Assembly (NCBI GenBank): GCA_036785375.1
Contig: JAWMAR010000081.1
Location: 3,100,001-3,164,000, forward strand
From: Leucoraja ocellata
Taxonomy: Eukaryota
Length of the DNA stretch: 64,000 nucleotides
Direction of reading: 5' to 3'
Shown: positions 1 through 13,698 of the stretch, piece after piece
Numbering within the stretch: the stretch's first letter is position 1
How the letters are laid out: each line of letters starts with the position of its first letter
Program-made: the position numbers and the translations under genes
The notes under the pieces: generated by a model
Databases searched by the model: none
What the model was told of the DNA's origin: nothing
What the model saw: only the letters and a program-made list of their open reading frames with translations

Positions 1-2436
1 GCAAATAATATTTTGATTTAACATTACTTGCAAAGCACAATGCCTCAGATAATAATTCATTTCTTTATTAGTTTTATCTGGAACATCAACTGAATAAGGC
101 TCATAAGTTCCTGTTTATATAAAGTACAGATTTCAGATGCTGAAATCTGGAGCAAAAAACAAACTGCCAGAGGAACTCAGTGGGTTAAGCAGCATCTGTG
201 GAGGCAAAAGAATGGTTAATGGTTTGCGTCAGGGCTGAGAGCAATGGAAGATAGCCAATCTAAAGAGGTCAGCGAGAGGGGTGCGTCAGGAACCAATCAT
301 GACTCTGTCGCATGATAGCTGAGTAATCCAGCTAGTCCCACTTCTCTACTTGCTGAAAATTCTGAAATTCTGAAAACAATTTCCTATGCTTATCCTGTTC
401 TCCTTCAAATGCTACAGTTGAATTCTGTTCCACTGCTACATCTGGCAGTACATTCCTGACAACAGTCATTTGCTGTGTAAAAATATTTGTCCTCATTTCA
501 CTTTTTTTTTTGCCAATTACCTTTATTCTTTTACACCAGTATAAAGAATTTCCTTCTCTCTCCCTTGACTATACCTCTTATGATTTTAAGTACTTTCAGC
601 TGATCTCTCACAGTCTGATCTGTTCCAAGGAGAACAGCTTCTCTGGTGTATCCATTTACCTGAACTCATTTTGAGATATCTTTTCTGTGACCCCTCTAAA
701 TTATTGGTTTCCAGTACTAGATATACTATTTTAATTGTATTTAATTAATGTTTTATGAGGAGCTGTTTGTTCTTCATTTTTAAAAAAAATCAAATGCTTT
801 GTTATGTGGTTATATCCAGGACAGTTTTATGATCTTTAGAACAGACTTCTGAATCTGACGGTTCAAATGAGTTCAGTTTGGACTAGATCTCAGAAAATCT
901 TTAAGATTTATAAATTCAGGTGATTTAGACTTAGATTCTACTAGCTCTTTTAGAAAAAAATACTTTGACAATGCCATATAATAGTTCCTCATTTGTTCAA
1001 TTCATTTGGTTATATTCAGGGTTTTTTTTTGGATTCTGCCATCCGTAACTGCAAAAAATCTGATTATCAAAAGCGAAAAACATTTCTGCAAGTACTCAAC
1101 AGGTTGAGCAACATGTCAGGAGAGGGAAAAGCATTGACGTGAATCATTATTCTGCTTTTCTCTCTATAGAAGATGCCTTGGCCTGCTGATCTTGACCTGT
1201 ATTTTTTATTTTATTTTATTCACAAATTGATTATTTTTCAATCAGATTTCATAATGATTCCTCAATTCAGTTTACTAGTTTAGGTCAGGCAGTGTCTATG
1301 GACAGAAAAACAGAGTTACTGTTTCAGACTTGAGATACTTCATCAATGTTTTTTGGAATATAACTTTTTAGAAGGTAAAACATCTTGATGAAACTGCAAT
1401 CTTGATAAAAATTGCATGGAGTAAAAGGTTCTAAAACAGTTACCACATAATCAGTATGTCGGAAAATATGCTTATTGATAAATATTACTACACTATATTG
1501 TTTTCCTTCATAACATTAACATAATATAATTAGCATGGTAAATGTCTTTTCCACCACTTATAGATGTAACTCGCATTGAATTTACATGTTGACAATTTTA
1601 TAATACTTTGGCATTAGAAGGAAATAAATTTCAGATAATTTTGAGTTACTCTACAATGTAACCTATGAATTATAGCCTTTGCTCAATTTTCTCATCATTT
1701 ATTAAAATTAAGTTATTAATATCAGTACGATACACTTTATAAAGTTATAAATCATGTGGGTGAAAAACAGACATCAGCCCCCTTCAACCCCCCCACCAAA
1801 ACTAGTCTAAGAAGTTACTCTGTCCCTGATTTATACTTGCTTCTTATCATCGCAAAAAAGTACAGCTCTGATTTGAAGCAGTGCAGTGTTTCAGATTGCA
1901 AATAAACTGGCTACTTTTTCAATGGGTCCACAGATCATACAATTATATGGCAGAAAAGAAGATCAATGCTGGCTCCCAGTAGAGCAACTCCAACAGTTCC
2001 ATTCCCCTGGTATTTCCCTGTCGCTCGACAGATTACTCTTTGTCAAGCACTTGTCTAATTCCCCTTTGAAGGGCACATATTGATTCTTAGAAATTCTAAT
2101 CACAGTCTGTGTAACATTATTTTTCCTTCCAACTCCCTTGCCAAAATATTGCTTGGTCCATGCATCATCTGCTCATGGGAAAGGGTCCCTTTATTTCTAT
2201 TTATCTAAACCAGTACATATCATTCAAATCTTCTCTCAACCCCGTTCAACCCCGAGAATAATGCAAATTTTTCTCACCATGAAATCTTTCATCTCTGGAA
2301 CCATGATAGTAAATCTTTACTCCATCCTGTCTAGGAACTTCACATTCTTCCTCTGTAGTGACTGAAATTGGATGCAGTAATCCTATCCTGGCCTACCAAT
2401 GTGTTTATAAGTCCATTATAAATAGAACACAAAATG

Positions 2437-2713
2437 GTACAAAATGCTGGAGCAACTCAACGGGACCGGCAGCATCTCTGGATAGAAGGAATGGGTGATG
2501 TTTCGGGTCAAGGCCCTTCTTCAGACTGAATCAGGGGAGAGAGAGATACAGAGATAAGGAAGTGTAAGGTGAAAACGAGTCCAAATGGATGAAGCTCAAG
2601 GAAAATGTAGTCAAATCAAGCATCATTGTTAACTAGGAAAAGGTCACTACAAGGCAAACCTGCATTTTGTATCTATCATCAGTTTAAACCAGCATCTGCA
2701 GTTCTTTCCTACA
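2437..2713. mobile_element. Penelope-like-derived non-autonomous element (inverted terminal segments)
   Basis: acaaaatgctggagcaactcaacggg...cagcatctctgg...tttcgggtcaaggcccttcttcagactg, with an opposite-orientation end ccagcatctgcagttc; related copies at about 134-230, 26275-26600, 30655-30851, 46220-46380, 51795-51888, 58890-59210. Confidence 0.6.
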
Positions 2714-2714
2714 A

Positions 2715-3006
2715 TAACCATATAACCATATAACAATTACAGCACGGAAACAGGCCATCTCGACCCTTCTAGTCCGTGCCGAACACATAATCTCCCCTAG
2801 TCCCATATACCTGCGCTCAGACCATAACCCTCCATTCCCTTCCCATCCATATAACTATCCAATTTATTTTTAAATGATAAAAACGAACCTGCCTCCACCA
2901 CCTTCACTGGAAGCTCATTCCACACCGCTACCACTCTCTGAGTAAAGAAGTTCCCCCTCATGTTACCCCTAAACTTCAGTCCCTTAATTCTCATGTCATG
3001 TCCCCT
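2715..3006 (-). mobile_element. CR1 LINE 3' fragment (young subfamily, tatggtta tail)
   Basis: ORF 2797..3051 RGHDMRIKGLKFRGNMRGNFFTQRVVAVWNELP is a CR1 ORF2 C-terminus; (taaccata)n tail on + strand; nearly identical to 7903-8185. Confidence 0.9.
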
Positions 3007-3320
3007 TAGAACATAGAACGGTACAACACAGGAACAGGCCCATGAGCTCACGATTCCATGCCGAACATGATGCTAAAGTAAACTAATCTCTGCCTGCATG
3101 TGATCCATATCCCTCCATTCCCTGTGTATTCATGTGCATACTGTATCTAAAAACCTCTTAAATGCCACTATTGCATCTGCCTCCCCCTGGCGGTGCATTC
3201 CAGGCATCCTTCACTCTCTGCGTAAAACAAATCTTCCCTCGCACATCTCCTTTGAACTTCCCCCTCTGACCTTAAAGTTATGCCCTCTAATCTTTGACCT
3301 TTTGGGGGGAAGATTCTATA
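3007..3320 (-). mobile_element. CR1 LINE 3' fragment (older subfamily)
   Basis: tagaacatagaac tail, acaggaacaggcc 3' UTR, reverse complement of FTQRVxxAWNA-like coding end. Confidence 0.75.
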
Positions 3321-3339
3321 GTCTAGTTGTATTTCCTGA

Positions 3340-6205
3340 GATAAAGATCAAATCAGTCGAGTGAAGCTCAGCGGCAGGATACAACCCACAGTCCAACGAG
3401 CATCAATACCCCAGTGGCTAAGGAGAGTAATTCAAGCACAACATCTGAGAACCCGGAATCCAGCCAAACGCAGCCTGCTTTGGAGAAGAAGGTGCAAGGC
3501 CACAGACATCATGTGAAGTGGCTAAAGTCCAGCAGCAAGAAAGAGTGGCAACAATCGACGCAGACCAGATTAAGATCCTAGATGGACTTCAAGGAACAGT
3601 GGAGATCAAACTGGAGAAAATTAATGATATGATCTATTCCTACTGGGCAGAAAGGTTCGGAACCAACAAGGAGGAAAGAACAACCCTTACCAAACTCAGA
3701 AGGCAGCGAGAAATCGAGCACCTAATCAAAGAGAGAAGGGACCTGAGGAAACGGTGGAGGAAATCCTCACTGGAGGAAAGAGTGGGCATCAACCTTCTGC
3801 AAGCAAATCTAAAGGAACGCCTGGGAAGACTGCGGAGAGCAGAAACCCTCAGAACTCGACACAAGAAGAAAGAGAGGGCAAGAACATCCTTCTACAAGGA
3901 TCCCTTCTGATTTGTGAAAGGACTCTTCACAAAGGAAAAGAACTGTCACTTAAGGTGTCAAAGAGGGAATTGGAGGACCACCTGAAATCAACATACACAG
4001 GCAACCAAAGATTTGAGCAGAGGGGGGATACCTCCAGACATGCCACCCATTCCGCAACCAGAACACCAGTTGGACGACAGCCTCCCAAGTTGGAGCGAAG
4101 TCGAAAAAGCCACAAGGAAGGTAAGGGCAGCTATAGCTCCAGGACCAAACGGAGTTCCATACTGGCTGTACAAAAATATCCAAATGTTCTACGGTTCTTA
4201 TGAAGGCAAATGAAGATACCATCCCAAAAGCATGGTGTAGACCAGGGGGAGTGGTGATCCCCAAGGAAAAAGATGCCTTAAACATAGACCAATTCCAGCA
4301 AATCAAACTCTTGAATGTTGAAGGGAAGCTCTTCTTTAGCATTGTTCTGAGGATGATAACCTACCTGAAACAGAACAACCTGATTGATATGTCGGTACAG
4401 AAAGCTAGTATACCAGGCTTCTCAGGCAGCTTAGAACACACAAGCATGATATGGCATCAAATCCAGTCTGCAAAAAGGGAAGGAAGAGATCTGCATGCCT
4501 TATTCCTGGACGTAGCCAATGCTTTTGGATCTGTTCCTGATTCTCTCCTCTAGACAGCCTTCGAGTTCTTCCATGTGCCAAAGACCTGGTCAGAAACTAT
4601 TTCCAAGATTTGCAATTCTGTATTACAACAACAGGATACACAATATCATGGCAATCACTGGAAGTGGGAATAATGGCAGGTTGCGGCAGCTCCCCGCTAA
4701 CCTTCACCATGGCGATGGAAGTGATCATCCGAGCTTCCAAGTGGACCAATGGAGGAGAGCGGCTGCAGTCTGGGCAGCGGCTACCTCCCATTCGCGTCTA
4801 CATGGATGACATGACCACACTGACCTCAACCATTGCATATATCAAGCACCTGCTGGAAAAGCTTCATGTGAACATAACATGGGCCTGGATGAAGTTGAAA
4901 CCTAGCAAATCCGGGAGCATATCCATCATCAGAGGAAAAAGCATAGACAAGCGATTCCACAGTGATGAAACACCCATTCCGATGGTGTCAGAGCTGCTAG
5001 TCAAGAGTTTAGAACGGTTGTACAATGCAAGCCCCAAAGGCTCAGATCAGTGTGACCAACTGCGGGAAAAAACCATCGAAAGCCTTGCTAGCATAGACAA
5101 GACTCCGCTTCCTGGTAAGCTGAAACTGTGGTGCCTGCAATTTGGATTGTTCTCCCGTCTGATGTGGCCTCTGACGGTCTACGAGGTCCCCATCACCAAA
5201 GTCGAGAAGCTGGAGAGGACAGTCAGTTCGTACATCAAGAAGTGGCTTGGACTCCCGCGTTGCCTCAGCAATATCGGCTTGTATGGACACAGCGCTCTAG
5301 AACTGCCTGTCTCTAGCTTCACAGAAGAATACAAATGCACCAAAGTGAGGCTAGACATGACCCTGACCGAGTCTCAAGATGATGCGGTATGAGCGGCTGC
5401 TCCCAGACTGGCAACTGGGAGGAAGTTGACCCCATCAGAGGCTGTACAGCAAGCAAAATCTGCTCTCAGGCATGGAGATGGAGATATTGTAGGACAGGTG
5501 CAGCAGGGAAGAGGTGGGATTGGACTCGGGCCAAGTCGACCCACATGGCACAAGGCAACATCCACCCAGAGAAGAAAGCTGGTAGTTGCTGAGGTCCGTC
5601 AGCAAGAGGAGGCAGAGAGATGCGCAAAGGCAGTCTCACAGTCCAAACAGGGCCAGTGGACTACCTGGGGAAAACATGGAGCATCATAAGCTTACCTGGA
5701 AGGATCTGTGGGAGATGGAAGGAAGCCATCCTAGCTTCATCATCAGGGCCACCTATGATGTTCTTCCCACAGCCAAGAACCTAAACCAGTGGTTTGGAGA
5801 AGATCCATCATGTGGACCCGATCTTGTGGTCAACCTGACAGAAGTCCCTGTACATCGCGGAGTTAACTGTGCCTTGGGAGGCTGCAGTTAGTGAAGCGCA
5901 TGAACGCAAATGTCTGAAGTATTCAGACTTAGCAGACGAGGCAGAACAATGCGGTTGGCGTACCCAGGTGTTCCCTGTAGAGGTTGGTTGTAGAGGGTTT
6001 GTAGCCATGTCAACAACCAGACTCCTGAAGGGAATGGGAGTTCGAGGACAGGCCTTCCGGCAAGCCGTCAGGTCGCTGTCAGAGACTGCCGAGCGAAGCA
6101 GCAACTGGCTGTGGCAGAAGAGGAAGGACTCCAACTGGGCTGCAAAATGACCAGCATGGGGGGTAAAATGGAGGGGAGCTCATCTGGGACACCAGGTGTT
6201 GCTGT
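3340..6205 (+). mobile_element. Decayed non-LTR retrotransposon with C-terminal restriction-like endonuclease (HERO-like clade)
   Basis: Frameshifted ORFs 3518-6150: APGPNGVPY, FQQIKLLNVEGKLFFSI, LFLDVANAFGSVP, GIMAGC..SP, RT catalytic YMDD, then PWE..AHERK..KY..L..GW...FPVEVGCRGF RLE C-terminus ending at stop 6150. Confidence 0.85.
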
Positions 6206-6525
6206 TCAGATTCAGATTCAAACTTTATTGTCATTGTGCAGTGTACAGTACAGAGACAACGAAATGCAGTTAGCATCTCCCTAGAAGAGTGACATAGAAT
6301 ATGAGCAATAAATAAATATATTTACGTGCAGTCATAATAGTGCAATTATTTTTTTCCTGGTGGTATGAATGTGTCCGGGGTGGGGGGGGGGGGTGATTGG
6401 CAATCACCGAGGCACAGTGTTGAGTAATGTAACAGCCGCAGGGAAGAAGCAGCTGTTCCTGGACCTGCTGGTCCGGCAACGGAGAGACCTGTAGCGCCTC
6501 CCGGATGGTAGGAGGGTAAACAGTC
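6206..6525 (-). mobile_element. Rex1/Babar-type LINE 3' end
   Basis: Minus strand reads PSGRRYRSLRCRTSRSRNS..FP-like ORF2 end; (tgaatc)n tail abutting the HERO 3' end. Confidence 0.7.
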
Positions 6526-7329
6526 ATATTTCACAATATGGAAGGATATGACATCATATGAATTGTGCATCGATTGAGGATACCTGACAATTTTGGACTG
6601 ATGCAACAGCAGCAGTTTATCTATATATTCTGCCATTAATACTGTGTAACATCCTGAGACCCATAATAGAACCATCTCAAAGAAATTGACTGCCTCCCAA
6701 CAGGTTCTTAGTCCTCCTGCCAATCTGTCCAGGGTGTTTTGTGGATGCTGTTGGGTTTGCATATCAAATGCAGAGTCATTAGCACAACAATTTGTGAATT
6801 GATTCTCCATAAATCTTGAGTAAGGTGCTAAGTTTACTCAATTTGAGAAATTTCTGTAAAGTTTCATGTGTGACTGGGGTTACATGTTTTCTGACATCAC
6901 TCATGACTGTTGTTAACCTTGGCCCAGTGATGGTTTTCTGAGATGCGAATGTGTCGTCCGCTCTGATGCTTCAGTGCAACATGGAGTGAGTATTTAATTT
7001 AAAGACAAGCTATCTTTTAGATGAGAAGCAAAAATGAGGACAACTTAGACAGATGGGAATTCACTTTACAAAAATGTGCTTTGGAGTTGTCACAATATCC
7101 TGGCCAACATTTATGCAAACCAGGATCATTACAACAGATTTTCTAGTTATTTATTTTACAGCTGTTTCCGTTGGACAGGAGGCCTCGTAATCTCCTCCAC
7201 TGTCTTATATTGCAGAGGAGGCAGCTGAACAGCTCCTATGCCAAAGCTTTCCTGACAAGAAAGAAATGCGTTAAGATTTATTTATATTTGGATTTTTTTC
7301 TTCTCTGAAATAACTAGGATCTGCACTAA

Positions 7330-7902
7330 TAAACGCTCATAGTTGGTGCGTTGATAGCAGGTTGGCTGAATGGTAGAAGACAGAGATGGGCAATAAAGGG
7401 GGCTTTTTCTGTTTGGCTGCCAGTAACTAGCGGTGGTCCGCAAGAGTAGGTATTGGGGCCGCTACTCTTTACAGTGTATATAAATGATTTGGATGAGGGA
7501 ATTGAAGGCTTTGCGGCCAAGTTTGCAGATGATACATAGATAGGTGGAGGGGCAGATAGTGTTGAGAAAGCAGGGACTCTGCAGAAGGACTTGAACAGGT
7601 TGGGAGAGTGGGCTGAGCGGTGGCAGATGGAATACAACGTAGCAAATTGCGGAGTCATGCATCTTGGTAGTAGGAATATAGCCATAAACTATTTTCTAAA
7701 TGGGGAGAGAATTCAGAAATTGGAGGTGCAAAGGGACTTGGTAGTGCTAGTGCAGGATTCCTAAAAAGTTAATTTGCAAGTAGAAGGTAGTAAGGAAGGC
7801 GAATGCAATGCTAATATTTGTTTTGGATGACAGGACAGCTGAGGCTTTACAAGGCACTGGACAGACCACATTTAGAGTATTGTGAGCAGTCTTGGGTCCC
7901 AT
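7330..7902 (+). mobile_element. CR1 LINE fragment (5' part of a copy split by a nested insertion)
   Basis: SGGPQxxVLGPLLFTVYINDLD..KFADD..LQKDLNRLGEWAERWQMEYN, then LYKALDRPHLEYCEQSWVP. Confidence 0.85.
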
Positions 7903-10828
7903 ATAACCATATAACAATTACAGCACGGAAACAGGCCATCTTGGCCCTTCTAGTCCGTGCCAAACACGTATTATCCCCCAGTCCCATCTACCTGCACTCA
8001 GACCATAACCCTCCATTCCTTTCCCGTCCATATAACTATCCAATTTATTTTTAAATGATAAAATCAAACCTGCCTCCACCACCTCCACTGGAAGCTCATT
8101 CCACACAGCTACCACTCTCTGAGTAAAGAAGTTCCCCCTCATGCTACCCCTAAACTTCTGTCCCTTAATTCTCAAGTCATGTCCTCTTGTTTGAATCTTC
8201 CCTAGTCAGTGGGAAAAGCTTATCCATGTCAACTCTGTCTATCCCTCTCATCATTTTAAAGACCTCTATCAAGTCCTCCCTTAACCTTCTGTGCTCCAAA
8301 GAATAAAGACCTAACTTATTCAACCTTTCTCTGTAATTTAGTTGCTAAAACCCAGGCAACATTCTAGTAAATCTCCTCTGTACTCTCTCTATTTTGTTGA
8401 CATCCTTCCCATAATTAGGCGACCAAAATTGTACACCATACTCCAGAATTGGCCTCACCAATGCCTTGTACAATTTTAACATTACATCCCAACTTCTATA
8501 CTCAATGCTCTGATTTATAAAGGCCAGCACACCAAAAGCTTTCTTTACCACCCTATCTACATGAGATTCCACCTTCAGGGAACTGTGCAGTTATTCCTAG
8601 ATCCCTCTGTTCAACTGCATTCCTCAATTCACTACCATTTACCAAGTACATCCTATTTTGATTTGTCCTGCCAAGATGTAGCACCTCACACTTATCAGCA
8701 TTAAACTCCATCTGCCATCTTTCAGCCCCCTCTTCCAACTGGCTTAAATCTCTCTGTAGATTTTGAAAATCTACTTCATTATCCACAATACCACCTATTT
8801 TAGTATCATCTGCATACTTACTAATCCAGTTTACCACACCATCATCCAGATCATTGATGTACATGACAAACAACAGTGGACCCAACACAGATCCCTGTGG
8901 CAACCCACTAGTCACTGGCCTCCAACCTGACAAACAACCATCCACCATTACTTTCTGGCATCTCCCATTCAGCCACTGTTGAATCCATCTTGCTACTCCA
9001 CCATTAATACCCAACAATTGAACCTTCTTAACCAACCTTCCATGAGGAACCTTGTCAAAGGCCTTACTAAAGTCCATATATATAACATCCACTGCTTTAC
9101 CCTCATCAATTTCCCAAGTAACCTCTTCAAAAAATTCAAGAAGATTAGTCAAACATGACCTTCCAGGCACAAATCCATGTTGACTGTTCCTAATCTGACC
9201 CTGTTTATCCAGATGCTTATATATATTATCTCTAAGTATCCTTTCCATTAATTTGCCCACCACTGACGTCAAACTAACAGGTCTATAATTGCTAGGTTTA
9301 TTCTTGGAACACTTTTTAAACAATGGAACAACATGCGCAGTACGCCAATCCTCCGGCACTATTCCCGTTTCTAATGACATTTGAAATATTTCTGTCATAG
9401 CCCCTACTATTTCTGCACTAACTTCCCTCAATTCCTAGGGAATATCCTGTCCAGTACTGGAGACTTATCCACTTTTATATTTTTCAAAAGTGTCAGTACT
9501 TCCTCTTCTTTGAATCTCATAGTTTCCATAGCTACTCTACTTGTTTCCCTTACCTCACATAATTCAATATCCTTTTCCTTGGTGAATACTGAAGAAAATA
9601 AATTGTTCAATATCTTCCCCCATCTCTTTTGGCTCTGCAGATAGCTGTCCACTCTGACTCTTTAATGGATCAATTTTATCCCTCGTTATCATTTTGCTAT
9701 TAATATAGCTGTAGAAACCCTTTGGATTTACTTTCACCTTACTTGCCAAAGCAACCTCATACCTTCTTTTAGCTTTTCTAATTTATTTCTTAAGATTCTT
9801 TTTACATTCTTTATACTCATCAAGCATCTCATTTACTCTATGCTGCCTATAATTATTGTAGATCTCTCTCTTTTTCCGAACGAAATGTCCAATTTCCCTT
9901 GAAAACCATGGCTCTTTCCAATTTTTACTATTTCCTTTCAACCGAACAGGGACATAAAGATTCTGTACTCTTAAAATTTCACCTTTAAATGTCCTCCATT
10001 TCTCTTCCACATCTTTCGCATAAAACAAAATGTCCCAATACACTCCTTTTAAATCCTTTCGCATCTCCTCAAAGTTAGCCTTTCTCCAATCAAAAATCTC
10101 AACCCTAGGTCCAGTTCTGACCCTCTCCATAATTATATTGAAACTAATGGTATTGTGATCACTGGACCCGAACTGTTCCCCAACACATACCTCTGCCACC
10201 TGACCTGTCTCATTTCCTAACAGGAGGTCCAGCACCGCCCCTTCTCTAGTAGGTACCTCTATGTATTGCTGCTAAAAACTATCCTGCACACATTTTACAA
10301 ATTCCAAACCATCCAGCCCATTTACAGAATGTGTTTCCCAGTCTATGTGTGGAAAATTGAAATCTCCCACAATCACTACCTTGTGCTTACTACTAATATC
10401 TGCAATCTCCTTACATATTTGCTCTTCCAATTCTCGCTCCCCATTTGGCGGTCTATAATACACCCCTATAAGTGTTGCTACCCCTTTCCCATTTCTCAGT
10501 TCCACCCAAATAGCCTCCCTAGACGAGCCCTCTAATCTATCCTGCCAAAGCACTGCTGTAATATCTTCCCTGACAAGCAATGCAACACCTCCACCTCTTG
10601 CCCCTCCAATTCTATCACACCTGAAGCAACAAAAACCTGGAATATTTAGTTTACAATCACAGTCCTCCTGCAACCATGTTTCACTGATTGCCACAACATC
10701 ATACTTCCAGGTGTCAATCCAGGCTCTAAGCTCATCCACCTTTCTTACAATGCTCCTAGCATTAAAATATACACATTTAAGAAACCCACCCCCTCTTATT
10801 CTCTGTTTATTGTCTTTTTCTTCTTTCT
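7903..10828 (-). mobile_element. CR1 LINE, near-complete ORF2 (APE endonuclease + RT), frameshifted
   Basis: ORFs 10272..10739 (ISETWL, GVYYRPP, IVGDFNFP), 9783..10235 (SDHN), 8553..9431 (YMDFSKAFDKVPH, GLPQGSVLGP, YADD), 8345..8572, 7918..8175; tatggtta tail at 7903-7915. Confidence 0.95.
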
Positions 10829-11320
10829 GAAGGATGTGCTGGCATCAGAGAGGGCCAAAGGAGGTTTACAAGAATGATCCCAGGAATAACTGGGTTAAGA
10901 TATTATGAGTATTTGAAGGCACTGAGCTTGCACTTGCTGGAGTTTGGAAGGAAGAGTGGGAACGTCATTGAAATTTATCGAATAGTGAAAGACACCTGGA
11001 TAGAGTGGATGTGGAGAGGATGTTTCCACTAGTGGGAGAGTCTAGAATCAGGGGCAATAGCCTCAGAATAAAAGGAATTATTTTATATAATTCTTTTAAA
11101 TAATTTAGAAAGGAGATGAGAAGGAATTTCTTTAGTCAGATGATGGTGAATCAGTGGAATTCATTGCCACAGACTGCTGTAGAGGTCAACTCTTGATTAG
11201 TAAGGGTGTCGGGGGGAGAATAGGGATGAGAGGGAAAGATAGATCTGCCGTGATTGAATGGCGGAGAAGACTTGATTGGCCAAATGGACTGAATCTGCTC
11301 CTAGAAATTATGAACATTGC
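10829..11320 (+). mobile_element. CR1 LINE fragment (3' part of the split copy)
   Basis: Resumes at aaggatgtgctggca (KDVLA), the expected continuation of EQSWVPY at 7900; ends with CR1 3' UTR tgattgaatggcgg...ggccaaatgg. Confidence 0.8.
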
Positions 11321-12731
11321 ATGTACATCTGTAGATCTCTGCCGATACTACATTCGTTTTGGATGCTATTCCATTCTTCTTCTTCCTGGCATACCATGTT
11401 CTCATGGGGAAGGGGAATTGATATTTCTATGCATATTTTATGGATTAGTGGTGGCTGGTCATAAGTGACTGACTGGCAGAGGTACACCAAATCTCACAAA
11501 GTAATTGACTACAAAACAGTAATATTTCATTAGATTTGGTGACAATTAATCACCCTGTCTTGAATTTTATATGCAGCAAATATGTTGGCATGAAGACTGT
11601 GGGGTAGTTGAAGGTGGTGATAGGTTTTGAAATTCAATTGTTGGAAGTTCTAGAATTAAAGGAATGTATATCTACTGGTTGCTGTTCTTGTGAAGGTAGT
11701 AAACGATTGCTTGTTTGTAGAACATGATACAGCCCCTGTCCCCAGCTGAATATCTGACTGTGGGACCAGCACCATCTCCTCTGTCCACTAATGCACAATG
11801 AATGGACAACTACACTTGAACAGTAATGTCTCTTCTGTGCAGTTGGAAGATGTTTCTGTTTGTTTAGCCCTTTAGCGATGTGTGGGAAATCAAGAGTTGA
11901 TCTTGAACCTCGAAATGGTCAGTAGAAAGTGGAAACCAGCTTGGATATTTCGTGGAGTGAAGCAGAACGGAAGTAATGTAGTAGATCATTGTTTGTGAAG
12001 GAACATGGAAGTAGATTGATCTGCTATGGCTATTTTGATGGCTATGAGCTTTTGGTACAACTTGGATTGGATTTGTTTGTTAGGTTTGTGCTCTACCTAT
12101 ATTTTTAATCTGCATGTCATTGAACAGATATAATAGTTAGATTATCTACATCATTGAAGGCTGCAGGTAGCGGCACACAATTTACTAATAATATTGGAAT
12201 CCAATAAAGCTGTACTCTTTCATGTACCACAGTTAGAAATTGAAGTCAAGAATAATGAAATCTGAATTTTGTTATTCATAAACTGAAGTGCTCATCTATT
12301 TTTAATTCTTCTACCAGTGACAGCAAGTGAGCTAACAAGTATCTGGATCATTTTTATTTCTAATTTAAGTTCTCAATGTTTCATTGTTGATTACATAGTT
12401 ATATGCATTAATTCTGCATGTTGTGTTTTTCAAATCGGGTCCCTAGCTATGTATTCTATTTAATCTAGAATCAAGCTGAAAACTGACTTAATCAAACTGA
12501 TACACTTATACAGATAGAATAACAGATCAGATTGCACGTTGGAATATGCTGCGTTGTCAACTTGCCACCTGCAACTGTTTGATTACCAGCAGCTGTGAAA
12601 TAGCTCCATCAACTTGGATTGTTTTTATATGTCTCCAGCAGCAATTGCTGCTTTAGATTTTCACTGGACCAATTACTTTTTGGCTGTTGGTATTATAAAA
12701 AGTGGAGAGGTGATCTTCGTTCCCAAACAAA

Positions 12732-13698
12732 TTGAATTTCCTTTATTGTCATTCAGACCTTACGGTCTGAACGAAATTTTGTGCCTGCAGTCATACATAC
12801 AATGATACAATAGTAAACAACACTAAACACAAATTAACATCCACCACAGTGAGTCCTCCAAACACCTCCTCACTGTGGTGGAGGCAAAAATCTTAGGGCT
12901 GCAGTCTCTTCCCTCTTCTCCCTCTGCGCTGAGGCGATTCCCCACCGGGCGATGGTACAAACAGTCCCGCAGCTCACCGAACCCCGCGAACGGGCCGGTT
13001 CAAACACTGCGGCCCGGGGTGGTCGAAGCTGCCGCACCTCCAGTCCAGCACACGCAGCCGCCGGCCCGCGGCTGAACCCAGGACTCTGGACACCGCCGCT
13101 AGAACGTCGTCCCAGCCACCGGAGCACCGTCCCAGCCCCCGGACCGGATCGCCCTCACGTGAGTGCCGTTCCACCCTCGGGCTGGGCCACTCCAGCGGGA
13201 GTGCCGTTCCTCCCTCGGGCTGGGCCACTCCGACGGGAGTGCCGTTCCTCCCTCGGGCTGGGCCACTCCGACGGGAGTGCCGTTCCTCCCTCGGACTGGG
13301 CCACTCCGACGGGAGTGCCGTTCCTCCCTCGGGCTGGGCCACTCCAGTCCCTCACCATGCCGCTCTCACGGGAGCACCGTTCCATCCCGGGCTGGGCCGG
13401 GAGCGAGCCCAGGACGAGTCCTGTCAGCTGCCTCCAGAGTCCCGAGGTCGCCGGCTCCGCTAGGCCTCAGCGTAGACGGAGGCAGAGAAGGGGGATACGA
13501 CAAAAAGGTCGTATTCCCCCGAAGGGAGTGACAGCAGCCCCCGTTTCACCCCCCACCCCCCTCCCCACATAAACACAGCCTAAAAACCAAAAACATAACT
13601 AGACAAAACGAAAAAAAACAACACAAAAAAGTAAAAGACAAACGGACTGCAGGCGAGCCGCAGCCGTTCCCAGCGCCGCCACTTCCGCCGCCACTTCC
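12732..13698 (-). mobile_element. GC-rich non-autonomous retroelement with Rex/L2-type 3' tail
   Basis: Abrupt GC-rich island; tttattgtcatt...gaaatt tail like the Rex ends; minus-strand start ggaagtggcggcg; homologous partial copy at 44195-44765. Confidence 0.6.
13159..13345. repeat. 38-bp GC-rich minisatellite, about 5 copies
   Basis: gagtgccgttcctccctcgggctgggccactccgacgg recurring at 13161, 13199, 13237, 13275, 13313. Confidence 0.95.

Noticed and set aside
1895-2009. Possible upstream exon (IIQLYGRKEDQCWLPVEQLQQFHSP, CCT G|GTATT)
   Set aside because: Plausible splice sites but asymmetric, no similarity to the exon family or a recognisable domain; cannot be supported without transcripts
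13159-13345. Regularly spaced repeats as a CRISPR array
   Set aside because: Contiguous tandem units with no unique spacers, in eukaryotic context
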